DNA from: a virus
Virus record (IMG/VR): IMGVR_UViG_3300017963_000257
Coordinates: 1 to 64,000 of that record
DNA length: 64,000 nucleotides
Direction: 5' to 3' (one strand)
In this document: positions 20,001-30,899 of the stretch, piece by piece
Layout: the number at the start of each line of letters is the position of its first letter
How positions within the stretch are numbered: the first letter of the stretch is position 1
Notes under the pieces: generated by a model
Databases searched by the model: none
What the model was told of the DNA's origin: nothing
Seen by the model: only the letters and a program-made list of their open reading frames with translations
Position numbers and translations under genes: made by a program

Positions 20001-22052
20001 GTGAAAAAGAAAGTTCTATTCGTGGGCCTGCATCCACATAGCGGTATAGGGAATGGAAATATGATGTCCGCTATTACATCCCAGGTGGATACCGAAAAGT
20101 ATGAGTTCTCCTGCTTTTGTGCCGAAAACGTCGATCCAATCGGAATTGCTTTCGACCCTCTCCCCTATACCCTTATAGGCGCTACATCACGAAACGATTA
20201 CTGGGGCAAGGCACGTCTGATAAGCCTTCTCCAGCGATTGGACCTGGACATTGTGTGTTTTGTTGGGATCGATATCTGGCAGTATTATGAAATTTGGAAG
20301 AACATTATCCAATTACGTGATTCCAGAAAATTTAAGATCGTATATATCTTCCCATACGATGTGCAAATGATCAGGTTGGATTGGGTCAAGTGGATAAACG
20401 ATTGCGATATGCCGTGTGTTTACTCCCAATACGGGTTTGACACACTGAAAGATCATGTTCCGAACCTGCGGTACTTTCGGCCTCCGCTTCTGAACAGCGA
20501 GAAATTCATGAGGCTTGAAAACCGGAATGCGGTGAGAAAAACACTTTTTCCAACGGTTCCGAGTGACAACCTGGTCTTTGGATATGTTGGCGTGAACTGC
20601 GTAAGGAAGGCCCCGGAGCGATTGCTGAAGGCGTTTACCGAAGCTAAAAAGCAATATCCGAAGATGAATCTTTACATGCATACAAGGATTGACGGGTATC
20701 ACAACTTGAGGCAACTCGCCAAGGATTTTGGGGCGCGGTCTGGTGATTTGATCGTGAAGGTTCCGGGGACGTACAATATAGACAAAATGGTTGGTCTGTA
20801 TAATGCCATGGACTGCTTGGTAAACTGCTCGATGCAAGAAGGGCTATCGTGGACCCCACTGGAAGCCATGCTGTGCGAAACGCCTTGCATTCTGACGGAT
20901 ACGACAGCTCAAACGGAGTTGGGACTGGGCGTTGCCGAAATGGTGCCATGCAACGACGATGCCTTTGTCCCCATGGTAACGGAAGGGGGAGAGTCTGAAA
21001 TCGAGGCGAAGGCACCCCGCGTTGCGGATATCAGGAGGGCCATATTGAGGGTTGCCAGGGATCCTGAGTTGAGAAAGGGCATGGCCGAAAGGGGGCTTGA
21101 GAGGGCCAAAGAATGGGTTGCCGGCGTTGACGATATCAACGATGTTTTCAGCGACATTGTGAACCAAAAACCAAAGCCGAAAATACAGAAGGTGTTGTTC
21201 GCCCAGCATTCATCGGCCGGAGATGTCCTCATGACAACCCAGTGCCTTAAGGGGATTAAAGAGAGACATCCCAACATGAAGTTGACCTACATGACCCAGT
21301 CTATTTACACCGATATCGTTGAGGGAAATCCGTACATAGACGAAATCATTGACTGGGATTACCAGCTGTTGAACAGGTATCAGGTTGTTTACTCCCCTCA
21401 TGAGGATCACATTCTGCCGGGCGGTTTCAATAATCTGGATGTCAAACTTTACTCCATGTACCCGTATTTCTGCAAGGTGGAGGCGGATGAGATATTTATC
21501 AAGCCTGAAATGCCAGACCTGAAGATGTTTGGAGATTTATTCTGGAAAGCCGATCCAGACAGAGATGTTGGAGCATATGGATATAACGATTTCATCGTAG
21601 TACACACAACCGGAGGAAGCCGGATGTACCGATCGTATCCTCACATGGATATTGTCCTGAAGGGGATCGGTCTTCCAATCGTCCAGTTAGGCGGTGCCTC
21701 AGATATCAGGTGTAAATCAGATCTGGATCTGTGTGGAAAACTGACCTTTAGGGAGAGTGCATGGGTCATGAAGCACGCTAAGGCTGCCGTTGTGATTGAC
21801 AGCTTTCTGTCCCATTTGGCCGGTGCTGTTGGGACCGATGCCGTATGTCTGTATGGCCCGGCGCCTGCGAGAGTGGTTGGCCCCAGGGCGCAGTACGGAG
21901 CCAGGATCATCAATCTTCAACCGGATATGCTGGCCGTGTGCAAAACCATGAGTCACTGTTGGGGAACCAACCCGCAATGCACTTCGCCATGCATCCACTC
22001 AATCTCACCGTTGAAAGTGAGAAAAGCTTTGGAGGAACTATTAAATGGTTAA
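20001..22052 (+). CDS. Bifunctional glycosyltransferase (GT4-like plus GT9 heptosyltransferase-like)
   Basis: RKAPERL..EGLSWTPLEAM (GT4); SAGDVLMTT, NPYIDEII and IDSFLSHLAGA (GT9). Confidence 0.85.
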   Translation: MKKKVLFVGLHPHSGIGNGNMMSAITSQVDTEKYEFSCFCAENVDPIGIAFDPLPYTLIGATSRNDYWGKARLISLLQRLDLDIVCFVGIDIWQYYEIWKNIIQLRDSRKFKIVYIFPYDVQMIRLDWVKWINDCDMPCVYSQYGFDTLKDHVPNLRYFRPPLLNSEKFMRLENRNAVRKTLFPTVPSDNLVFGYVGVNCVRKAPERLLKAFTEAKKQYPKMNLYMHTRIDGYHNLRQLAKDFGARSGDLIVKVPGTYNIDKMVGLYNAMDCLVNCSMQEGLSWTPLEAMLCETPCILTDTTAQTELGLGVAEMVPCNDDAFVPMVTEGGESEIEAKAPRVADIRRAILRVARDPELRKGMAERGLERAKEWVAGVDDINDVFSDIVNQKPKPKIQKVLFAQHSSAGDVLMTTQCLKGIKERHPNMKLTYMTQSIYTDIVEGNPYIDEIIDWDYQLLNRYQVVYSPHEDHILPGGFNNLDVKLYSMYPYFCKVEADEIFIKPEMPDLKMFGDLFWKADPDRDVGAYGYNDFIVVHTTGGSRMYRSYPHMDIVLKGIGLPIVQLGGASDIRCKSDLDLCGKLTFRESAWVMKHAKAAVVIDSFLSHLAGAVGTDAVCLYGPAPARVVGPRAQYGARIINLQPDMLAVCKTMSHCWGTNPQCTSPCIHSISPLKVRKALEELLNG

Positions 22053-22247
22053 TTGGAAAGATTACAATAATATCTGGCTTGGTGACAGCGAAGTAGGCCA
22101 GGCAGAAGCCAAGAAAGCACTCTCAGAACTGATTGAGAGGTGTAAGATCGTAAGAATTTCATCCAAAGATGATTTTGCCCCAAACCCAATTGAACCCCAC
22201 ACGAAGTTTACGGGGAAACGTTACGTCTTTTTGGAGGTACTGGAACC

Positions 22248-22988
22248 ATGCTGATTGGAATGAAGGGACTCGATGAGGAAAAAATGGTCAAGCCCGTCAT
22301 TGGGGACATCCATGACGAGCCATGGGTAAGCCGGATCATTGTGATCGATGGTTGGAGTTCAGACGATACCGTCATTGAATTGAAGGAGTTCCCAAAAGTC
22401 GAGGTTTATTCCCACAAGTGGGAGAAATGGTTTCATGCCCAGGAGATCATTCAGTCGAATATCCTGCTCCAGTATATTCCTCTTGGGGAGATCTTTTTCA
22501 TCCTTGATTTTGACGAACAGTGCTCTCCTGAACTGAAGGTGTTGCTTGCCGATATCGACAAAAACGGTATGCCGGACGATGTGGACTGCGTTCATGTATC
22601 CCGGAAATCCTATGAGCTTATGAGGTTCGATGATTCACCGTTTGCTATGCCCGACCCTGATACCGGATTCTGGATCAAGTCTCACCAGATTGGCCAGTAC
22701 CCCGATTTTCAACTCAGGATTATTCGGCGGAAACTGGGGATGCAATGGGTCAACTCCCCTCATCATGTCATGTGGGGGTTTGAGGAGGGCCTATGGACCA
22801 ACAGGAACATCGAGGCTGACCTGATACACTACCATGGCAAAGAGGATGCCAGGGACAGATACGGCATTGAGCGTCAATGGCTGAGACATCAAGCCCGAAG
22901 GAAGGAATTGGGCCTGGAGGCAGATGTTTTCGAGTGCGATCCAAAACCAGAGATGGCCCGGTACGCTGATCCGGAGTATTGGAGGTAA
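22248..22988 (+). CDS. GT2-family glycosyltransferase
   Basis: IIVIDGWSSDDT, ILDFDE and YPDFQLRI. Confidence 0.8.
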   Translation: MLIGMKGLDEEKMVKPVIGDIHDEPWVSRIIVIDGWSSDDTVIELKEFPKVEVYSHKWEKWFHAQEIIQSNILLQYIPLGEIFFILDFDEQCSPELKVLLADIDKNGMPDDVDCVHVSRKSYELMRFDDSPFAMPDPDTGFWIKSHQIGQYPDFQLRIIRRKLGMQWVNSPHHVMWGFEEGLWTNRNIEADLIHYHGKEDARDRYGIERQWLRHQARRKELGLEADVFECDPKPEMARYADPEYWR

Positions 22989-23180
22989 TCCTATGAAATT
23001 TGCAACCGGAGGTGTTGTCCCTGAAGTTGATAAGGCCGAAATACTCCAATCCATCATATTGGAACGAGGGACTGTTTTTGTTCCAAGGTCTACCCTGTCT
23101 AAATATGGGGAGGTGTTCCTCAAGAAACTCAATGGTGGAGACCCTGAAATTGTTGTGATTGATGAGGAAGGAAACGCTAA

Positions 23181-24035
23181 ATGAAGCCCATTTATGAAAT
23201 GTATATCTGCAACATCGACATTACGAACTACTGCAATATCGGGTGTATCTATTGTTCGAGGCATATCCGACACGTCCGGAAAGATCAGCGGTATCACATG
23301 AGCCTTGGGGATTTCAGGAAGGCCCTCGAATCCCTGGTGGATTGGCCCGGGCAGATCGGAATCAGCGGCGGGGAACCGACCCTGCACCCTGAATTCGATG
23401 GAATCTGCGAGATCATACGGCAATTCCCGCGGCCTGCAGGAAAGCAATACCAGCTTTTTACCGCGTGCGGTCCCCGATATGAGAAATTCAAAGAGATGTG
23501 CAGGGGCACCTTCTGCTGTATCCACGAAAATCCGCATGATGATATGCAGAAGGAAATATGTCTACATCAGCCCTCCCTCGTATCAGTTGGGGATGTTGTC
23601 AAAAGCAAAGTCCTCCAGGAGAAGCTGATCGATGACTGCTGGGTGCAGGCGAATTGGGCACCCATTGTGAACTCGAAAGGCGCTTTCTTCTGCGAAATAG
23701 CCGGGGCGTTCGACATCATCCTCGATGGTCCAGGGGGATGGCCAGTTGAGCCCGGATGGTGGAACAAGACGCCGGATGAGTTTAGGGATCAGAGAGACCG
23801 GTATTGCCACAAATGCGGTATGCCCGTCCCGCTGAAAAGGCAACTTTTAAATGACGATATGGAGTGGATCTCGGAAGGCCTATTGAGCGAGTTCGAAGAC
23901 AAAGGATTACCCGGTACAAAGAGGATGAGGCCGTTTGCAAGAACCCTCATGAACAGGGAGATTGAAAAGAACAGGGAGACCTGGGACCCCGGCAACTATC
24001 GTCAGGATTTGAGAAAAGACAAGTGGCAAACATGA
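23181..24035 (+). CDS. Radical SAM protein
   Basis: CNIGCIYC; SGGEPTLHP. Confidence 0.85.
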   Translation: MKPIYEMYICNIDITNYCNIGCIYCSRHIRHVRKDQRYHMSLGDFRKALESLVDWPGQIGISGGEPTLHPEFDGICEIIRQFPRPAGKQYQLFTACGPRYEKFKEMCRGTFCCIHENPHDDMQKEICLHQPSLVSVGDVVKSKVLQEKLIDDCWVQANWAPIVNSKGAFFCEIAGAFDIILDGPGGWPVEPGWWNKTPDEFRDQRDRYCHKCGMPVPLKRQLLNDDMEWISEGLLSEFEDKGLPGTKRMRPFARTLMNREIEKNRETWDPGNYRQDLRKDKWQT

Positions 24036-24559
24036 GAAAGAACTTTTACGAGGTGTTCGGGTACACAAACCCCATGGAATGCATGACGCTACAAAGATTC
24101 GGCTTAAACGGATCGTGCCTTGAGATTGGGGCGTTCTACGGGAAGTCCACGGTGGCCATGGCGGAGGTGGCCATGATCGTCTATACAGTGGATACCTTTA
24201 AGTCGGATAAGATGGGAGAACGACAACTGGATGTTATAACGACCTACGACCAATTCATCCAGAACATTAAGGGTTACGACAATATCGTTATTGTGGAAGG
24301 TATGTCCTATGACGTTGTTCCAAAGATCCAATTGAAGTTTGACCTTGTGTTCTTGGATGGGCTTCACACATATGAAAACACGGCCATGGATATCAGGATA
24401 TGCTGGCCGAAACTAAAGCGCGGTGGAACAATGGCCCTTCACGACTATGGGTTCTATAAACACCCCGGGTGCAAAGAAGCGTTCAATGAGCTGCTCGGGG
24501 AACCAGAGGGAATCCAAGACACGGTAGCGTGGGTTACCAAAAGGAGAACGTCCCTGTGA
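24032..24559 (+). CDS. Class I SAM methyltransferase (Methyltransf_24-like)
   Basis: LEIGAFYGKST; FLDGLHTY; LKRGG..HDY. Confidence 0.85.
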   Translation: MRKNFYEVFGYTNPMECMTLQRFGLNGSCLEIGAFYGKSTVAMAEVAMIVYTVDTFKSDKMGERQLDVITTYDQFIQNIKGYDNIVIVEGMSYDVVPKIQLKFDLVFLDGLHTYENTAMDIRICWPKLKRGGTMALHDYGFYKHPGCKEAFNELLGEPEGIQDTVAWVTKRRTSL

Positions 24560-25296
24560 AAATCTCAGTTATAACGGCATGGGGAAGCGAACCGCAGTTA
24601 GCACCCTACTTCTGCAGGCACTATGCCTATGCCGATGAGATTCTTGTCCTAATGGGACCAGGGGAATGTGAGGAAACAATCGAGATCCTATCGAAGTTCC
24701 CGAATACGCACTATCGTCTGATCGAATATCCCGATGGTAAATGGGATATGTACCGCAAACAGAAAGAGTTGTCGTGGGCGGCGCATAACGAAGCTCAGGG
24801 GGAGTGGGTTATTCTGGTGGATGCCGATGAATTCGTGTTTCCGATGGCCGGAGATAAGATCCCCATAATTGATCCGCGAGTGTTCCTTGGGATGGTCAAT
24901 GATGGAAACGTTCTGTGCGCGTTCATGTGGCACGTTTACCGGAATGTCGAAGACACGGATTTGGATCCTGAAAGGGCGCCGCTGTTTCAACGGCGGCATG
25001 GTGATCCAGAGATAGAGCATCATTACATCAAACCGATTGTGGTTAAGCCAAATGAGAGCCATATCGAATGGCACATCGGAGCCCATAGATATTTTGATAA
25101 CGAACACCTTAAAGTGTCGAGCAAGCGATTCGCGGGAGTTCACTGGCACTGGGCCGATGCTGACATAGCCATTGCGAGACATAATATGACGGCAGGTAGG
25201 ATAATCTCTAAGCAGCAATGGTTGACCGATCCAATAGACGAAAACGTTATCCGTGCAAGGTGTGACGCACACAGGAACGATCCGAGGTTGTTCTGA
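24556..25296 (+). CDS. GT-A/GT2-like glycosyltransferase
   Basis: WVILVDADEF; WHIGAH. Confidence 0.75.
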   Translation: MKISVITAWGSEPQLAPYFCRHYAYADEILVLMGPGECEETIEILSKFPNTHYRLIEYPDGKWDMYRKQKELSWAAHNEAQGEWVILVDADEFVFPMAGDKIPIIDPRVFLGMVNDGNVLCAFMWHVYRNVEDTDLDPERAPLFQRRHGDPEIEHHYIKPIVVKPNESHIEWHIGAHRYFDNEHLKVSSKRFAGVHWHWADADIAIARHNMTAGRIISKQQWLTDPIDENVIRARCDAHRNDPRLF

Positions 25297-25297
25297 C

Positions 25298-25774
25298 ATG
25301 AAATTAGATTATAGCGTAAAATGCACAAATGACGAATGTGATTGGGATGGAAATTCGAGCGATTGTAAAGGCCTTGATAATCGTAACTGCCCAAAATGTA
25401 ATTCCATTGTTAAAGAACAGACAGAGAAAGAGGCTATACCATGGAGAAAGCAAGGCCTATGGATAGAACCAGATACGCTTTTAGAGTCCTCCTGCATCAT
25501 AATATGGGCGCAAAGAATTGATATTAAAACCGGCTCTTTCATGCCATGGACAGAAATAGCATGCATGCCAATAAGCGAAGAAGCTTTAAAGATAATCAAA
25601 AAAAGTGCTGTGGCTGGAACCTATATTACTTGCGAACGCCCCTGGAGAGATCACTGGGGAATTTGCCATCATGAATGGGTGGAGACAAAACAAGATGTGT
25701 TCAAATGCACAAAATGCGGAGTGTTTTGTGAGGATGCTATTGTTGTGAAAAAAATAAAAGAGTATTTGGAGTGA
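25298..25774 (+). CDS. Cys-rich hypothetical protein
   Basis: Several CxxC pairs. Confidence 0.5.
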   Translation: MKLDYSVKCTNDECDWDGNSSDCKGLDNRNCPKCNSIVKEQTEKEAIPWRKQGLWIEPDTLLESSCIIIWAQRIDIKTGSFMPWTEIACMPISEEALKIIKKSAVAGTYITCERPWRDHWGICHHEWVETKQDVFKCTKCGVFCEDAIVVKKIKEYLE

Positions 25775-25781
25775 AGATTGA

Positions 25782-26306
25782 ATGATCGAACAGCTTTACA
25801 AAGAACGTTGCGAAAAAGTAACGGACATTAACCAGCACCTCCCCCTTTTAAGGGAGCTGGCAGAATCCGTCAATCATGTGACGGAGTTTGGCGTCAGGTT
25901 CGGCAACTCAACCGTTGCATTAGCCGCGGCCCAGCCAATGATGCTGGTATCCTATGATATCGAACCGATTCCGAAAGACCTTGAGGCTAAGATCGTGGCG
26001 GGGATGCCAAGGTTTGGATTCCGGTTTATCCAGGCAAACGTGCTTGAGGTTGAGATTGAGCCAACAGACATGCTGTTTATCGACAGCCACCACACGTACA
26101 AACAGCTCAAAGAGGAATTGAGGCTTCATTCTGGAAAGGTGGCCAAGATCATTGCGTTGCACGACACGGAATTTTTCGCAAAGGTCGGACAGGACGGATC
26201 AACCCCAGGCCTGTGGCAGGCGGTAGAGGAATTCATGGCTGGAGGTAAATTTACCAACATGGACCATTACAGCAACAACAACGGCTTAACGGTGCTTTGG
26301 CGATGA
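25782..26306 (+). CDS. SAM methyltransferase
   Basis: TEFGVRFGNST; LFIDSHHTY; LHDT; NNNGL. Confidence 0.8.
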   Translation: MIEQLYKERCEKVTDINQHLPLLRELAESVNHVTEFGVRFGNSTVALAAAQPMMLVSYDIEPIPKDLEAKIVAGMPRFGFRFIQANVLEVEIEPTDMLFIDSHHTYKQLKEELRLHSGKVAKIIALHDTEFFAKVGQDGSTPGLWQAVEEFMAGGKFTNMDHYSNNNGLTVLWR

Positions 26307-26977
26307 AACTGATTGAAGCGGCACAACAGAGAGAGAAAGGTCAGATCCTCAGATGGACACATTATTTTGAGGCCTATGACTTCCACTTTCAAGGACTGAA
26401 GCCCAAGAGACTCCTTGAGATTGGCGTCATGGGTGGAGGGTCCCTATGGATGTGGAAACGGTACTTCCCGGGTGCGGAAATCGTTGGGGTTGATATCGAT
26501 GAGAAGTGCCGGCAATGGGAGGATGAGGTCAAGGGGGTCAAGGTTTTTGTCGGTGATCAGGGTGACGTCGGTTTCTTGAAGAATCTTAACGAAATTGTTG
26601 GCCCGTTCGACATCATTATTGACGATGGAAGTCACAAGATGGACGACCAGCAAACCTCATTGGCTTTACTATTCCCCACTATGCCGGATGGAGGAATTTA
26701 TGTAATAGAAGATCTCCATACGTCTTATTGGCCTACTTGGGGAGGGTCTGTCATTGGTGGTAACACGACTCTTTCATTCCTAAAAAACATTATTGGATTT
26801 ATCCATAACTGGGCAAAAAGATCACACGAAGCCCAAACTTCCAATGACTACCTTGTCCCGGATAATTACTGGGAAAAGAACGTATCCTCCATGCACTTTT
26901 ACGATTCCATCTGTTTCATCTACAAGACTGGCCATGGCCAGAACAAGCTGGGCGAGGGAGGGGAATGGCATGGGTAA
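26303..26977 (+). CDS. Sugar O-methyltransferase-like (MycE/TylE-like)
   Basis: LEIGVMGGGSL; FDIIIDDGSH; GGIYVIEDLHTSYW. Confidence 0.8.
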   Translation: MKLIEAAQQREKGQILRWTHYFEAYDFHFQGLKPKRLLEIGVMGGGSLWMWKRYFPGAEIVGVDIDEKCRQWEDEVKGVKVFVGDQGDVGFLKNLNEIVGPFDIIIDDGSHKMDDQQTSLALLFPTMPDGGIYVIEDLHTSYWPTWGGSVIGGNTTLSFLKNIIGFIHNWAKRSHEAQTSNDYLVPDNYWEKNVSSMHFYDSICFIYKTGHGQNKLGEGGEWHG

Positions 26978-27542
26978 TCCATTTATAGAGGTCGTTATCC
27001 CGTATGAGCCCTGCAAGAACGCTGGGAAAGCGTACAACCGGGCGATGGAACATGCATCTGACTGGGTTCTTATTTTGGATCATGACTTATTTCTGTGCAA
27101 CCCAAACTGGTACGAAGCGGCCCTTGACGCCGTAATGAAGATTGGACATAGGGCCGGGTGGATCTCTGCGGTTACAAACAGGACCCCTTGTGGAGTTCAA
27201 AAATCTTCCGGGTGCCCGGAAGGAAACGACAATCTGATTGACCATATCAGATGGGCCGAAAAAGTGTGGCGGCAGCACGGAAGTTCCACTATTCGCCATG
27301 ATGGCCTTGGGTACACCGGATTTTGGATTCTGACCCACAAAGAGGCCTGGTCAAAGGTTGGTGGGTTTCCCGAAACCAAAGGTTTTCACGTAGATGGGGA
27401 TTACTGCAAGGCCCTTTGTAATGCGGGGTACGAGTTTCATGTAATGCCAGGGGTTTACGTCTATCATTTGATGGACCGAAAGAACGAAGTCTGGAAATGG
27501 AATCACTGGAAAAACTACGGGGTTGATTGGAGTGTGCTGTAA
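26970..27542 (+). CDS. GT2-like glycosyltransferase
   Basis: AYNRAM..WVLILDHD; KVGGF; VYH. Confidence 0.75.
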   Translation: MGNPFIEVVIPYEPCKNAGKAYNRAMEHASDWVLILDHDLFLCNPNWYEAALDAVMKIGHRAGWISAVTNRTPCGVQKSSGCPEGNDNLIDHIRWAEKVWRQHGSSTIRHDGLGYTGFWILTHKEAWSKVGGFPETKGFHVDGDYCKALCNAGYEFHVMPGVYVYHLMDRKNEVWKWNHWKNYGVDWSVL

Positions 27543-27568
27543 TGCTTGTGGCATGAGGAGGCGATCTT

Positions 27569-28065
27569 ATGTTTTGGATATGTAAAATGTGCGGCCGGTC
27601 AGTACGGCAGGAGAAAAAACCGAAATGCTGTTATGCGGATTGCATGGATAGCATTGAGAATATCAGCGATGAGGACGCCGGGAAGATGGGGCTCTTTATC
27701 CCTGAGGGTGAGAGGTTCGAGTTTCCGGGTGATGTCCGATGGGATCCGGATACCGGCAAGAGAATCGAGGCCCCGCTGGATTATGCGCAGGGGCAGTTCT
27801 ACACCCAGCGGGAGTTCCAAGAATCCATAATGGAAAGGGTGAGGGCATGATCTCTGATGTTTTACAAGAACTTTTCGAAATGAAGGCTGGAAACAAAGAG
27901 ATGGCCTTTTTCTACGATCCAGAGAGTGAAGACTGGGAGTGCCATTTTGGAAATACAAGCGAATTTGTAATGCTTGGTGAGGCATCGGGTGAATTTATAA
28001 CTTCAGGCAAAAGTTTGCTGGAAGCTGCCGTCAATATGAAGTTTCTTTTGAAAGGATCAGCATGA
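27569..28065 (+). other. Two small hypothetical genes (27569-27850, 27847-28065)
   Basis: RBS and ATGA overlaps. Confidence 0.55.
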
Positions 28066-28901
28066 TCTCAATCGCCATAAACCTCGATACTCGCCCCGGT
28101 TTCCTTGAGCAAAAGACCGAGCAGGGGACCATGCTCAACGGGACCCGATCTCTCGATTTCTTCACCGATGGGATCTTGAATAAGGTACGGTTCTTTGAGG
28201 GTCACGACATTGAGGTGACCGTGTTCATTGATGTCCATGACCCATTGCCAACTGAAACAGAAGAATGGCTTTTGACGCAGCATTTCAGAGGACTGATCAA
28301 TAACTTGGTATTCAACAAGCACACAGAACAGTATCTTGGAGAATTTTTTCCAAAATTCAATGACCTCAATTTTCTGAATGCCATGATCCTAACAAGAGGT
28401 GACTACCTCGTGCATTTCGATGGAGATATGGCGGCCTTCATTAAGGACAGGAATGTCATCAAAGAGTGGCTATCCTGGCTTGACAGTGGCCGATTCGATT
28501 TCATCTGCTATCCAAGCCAGTATTCCCCGGCGCCTGCAGTGGATGGCCGGTACAAATCGTACTGGTGGAGCAGCACTCGTTTTTTCATCTGCAAGAGGGA
28601 ATTCATTGATTACACAGAAATCATTAAATGTTTAAGAAGTTCAGAGTACCTGTATGGAAAGTACGGCACTGAAAATGAACCACGTAACCCATGGCTTGAA
28701 CACGTGCTCGGGATGATGGCTGGAGGACAGGAAAGAGTCTTCTATCCCCCGATTCAATCAAAAAGGTACCTGATGTTTTCATGGTCGAGATACTTTTCTG
28801 GAGTTTTAGCGAAGCTGAATGAATGGCCTTACGAAAAGGTCGTTGAGTATGTTGGCGGGATTAGCTATCCATGCGATGTTTCAGCAAAGGAGATGAGATG
28901 A
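28062..28901 (+). CDS. Putative GT-A fold glycosyltransferase
   Basis: RGDYLVHFDGD DxD motif; island context. Confidence 0.55.
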   Translation: MISIAINLDTRPGFLEQKTEQGTMLNGTRSLDFFTDGILNKVRFFEGHDIEVTVFIDVHDPLPTETEEWLLTQHFRGLINNLVFNKHTEQYLGEFFPKFNDLNFLNAMILTRGDYLVHFDGDMAAFIKDRNVIKEWLSWLDSGRFDFICYPSQYSPAPAVDGRYKSYWWSSTRFFICKREFIDYTEIIKCLRSSEYLYGKYGTENEPRNPWLEHVLGMMAGGQERVFYPPIQSKRYLMFSWSRYFSGVLAKLNEWPYEKVVEYVGGISYPCDVSAKEMR

Positions 28902-29974
28902 AAATAGCACTCACAGGGAATGTCTTCCCGTTCGGAATCGGCCATGCTTATGGTGGCGAAAGAATCCTCGGGTATCTGGCCAAAGGGTTGGTCCGGTTGG
29001 GCCATGAGGTTTATCTATTCGCAAGGGAAGGAACCAATGTTCCAGAAGCGACAGATTACATCCCGGTAGGGCCCCTGACCAATGCGTATGATGTCCACTT
29101 TGAGGCGGCCAAGGAGTATTTTGAAAAAGCCGGGTTTGAACCTGATATTTATTTCTGCGGATACTTCGGGGAGGGCTGGTATCCGGAAACGCAAGAGCGA
29201 TGGCCATACTGTGAACTCACATGGAATGTCTGGTGTCATGCGGCGTGGCAGCTACAACAGGTCCCGTTTAACGTGGTGTCGTACTCCTGCGTTCTGCAGT
29301 CAGATTTCAGGGTGCAGGGGATTGAAACCACGATGATCCACTATGGGATACCGCGAGACCTGTATGCTTTTCAGCCAGACAAGGATGACTATGCCTGCTG
29401 GATCGGCAAGCTGGAGGGGGGAAAGGCTCCGCGTATCGGGATTGAACTGGCCAAGGCTGCTGGCGTTAAGCTGGCAATCATGGGACCGCCGTATAACACA
29501 GGCACATTCTGGAACGAGGTTTGCCCTTTCATCGATAACGAGAACATATTCTGGGTGCGCGGTGTTGATGACGGTATGAAGTACGAAATCATGAGCAAGG
29601 CCAAATGTTTGATCTACACGAATGACAACACATGGAAGGAGCATTTTGGGATCATTATGGCCGAGGCCCTGGCCATGGGAACCCCGGTTGTGGCTATGAA
29701 CCGGATCAATCAGGACTGTTCGGTTGTGGTAGACAAAATCATCGACCACGGAAAGCACGGATTCATCCTCAATTATGGGGACTCCACCAATCTCCAGGAG
29801 ATCCTCGACACCGGCGTACCCCTGATCAACCGGATTCACGAGATCGACCCTGCGGATTGCCGGGAACAGTTTGAGAAAAGGTTCACGGCCGAGCTGATGT
29901 CCAGGCGTTATGAATGGCTGTTTGAACGAATTGCACAGGGCGAACGATTTACCAGCGTGGAGGTGCCGTTTTGA
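28898..29974 (+). CDS. GT4 glycosyltransferase
   Basis: YGGERI, GHEV and EHFGIIMAEALAMGTPV. Confidence 0.9.
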   Translation: MKIALTGNVFPFGIGHAYGGERILGYLAKGLVRLGHEVYLFAREGTNVPEATDYIPVGPLTNAYDVHFEAAKEYFEKAGFEPDIYFCGYFGEGWYPETQERWPYCELTWNVWCHAAWQLQQVPFNVVSYSCVLQSDFRVQGIETTMIHYGIPRDLYAFQPDKDDYACWIGKLEGGKAPRIGIELAKAAGVKLAIMGPPYNTGTFWNEVCPFIDNENIFWVRGVDDGMKYEIMSKAKCLIYTNDNTWKEHFGIIMAEALAMGTPVVAMNRINQDCSVVVDKIIDHGKHGFILNYGDSTNLQEILDTGVPLINRIHEIDPADCREQFEKRFTAELMSRRYEWLFERIAQGERFTSVEVPF

Positions 29975-30185
29975 AATTGAATCATTTCATTTGTCCATCG
30001 TGTGGACACGATTTTTATGCAGAGGGGAGTTGCTCAAAATGTGATGCGTGCCAACGAGTATTTTATTTGTCCGAATCTGTAGCAAGCCGGAAAATAAACT
30101 TATCCATAGAGCGCGGATGTCAAGTTGACCCATGCTTACTGATCGATCCAGACTTCTTTAGGGAAGGGACAACGGGGGGAACACC

Positions 30186-30899
30186 TTGATCTACGATGCC
30201 CAAATAGAAACCCGGCCGGACGGTGACATGAGGGTACTCAAGTACCTTGAGGGTAACGGGTATTACAACTGCATTGACTTTGGAGGCGTCCAGAGGCCTT
30301 GGGCGGCCAGGCACGTGACAACCTATGTTGACCTGACAAAGCCAGAGGACTGGGAAAAACGGTTTCCGGATATGTACGATAACTATCCTGAGATATGGAA
30401 ATCGAAGGTCGTCAATGCAGACATTGACCGTAGCGATACCTGGAGCCAGCTTGGAGAATACGATTTTGCCATCAGCACCCACACACTGGAACATCTTGCG
30501 AATCCCAGTGAGTTCCTACGGAGACTGCCGAGGGTGGCCAGCCGGGGATACATCGCCATCCCCAATAAGGTGTTTGAACTTGGCCGTGGACGCGAGATGA
30601 CGGAGGAAGGCCTTACCCGTTGTGGGCTGATCGGGTTTTACAGGGGGGCCATGCCCCACAGGTGGATCTTTACGATCAAAGAAAATGTCCTATGGATATT
30701 CCCGAAGCTCGGATCCCTTGATCTGGTTGAGTTTCCATTCGAGGATGAGCTGCGGCACTACAAGCCGATAAAAGACGGGCAGCTGGGATTTATGTGGGAG
30801 AAGGATATCCCGTTCAGGTATGTGACGGACAAAGACATTGTTCCGAATCCCCAACGTGCAATCGAATTCTACAAGGAGCATTTAAATGAGGGTTTATAA
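30186..30899 (+). CDS. SAM methyltransferase-like protein
   Basis: IDFGG; YDFAISTHTLEHLANP. Confidence 0.75.
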   Translation: MIYDAQIETRPDGDMRVLKYLEGNGYYNCIDFGGVQRPWAARHVTTYVDLTKPEDWEKRFPDMYDNYPEIWKSKVVNADIDRSDTWSQLGEYDFAISTHTLEHLANPSEFLRRLPRVASRGYIAIPNKVFELGRGREMTEEGLTRCGLIGFYRGAMPHRWIFTIKENVLWIFPKLGSLDLVEFPFEDELRHYKPIKDGQLGFMWEKDIPFRYVTDKDIVPNPQRAIEFYKEHLNEGL

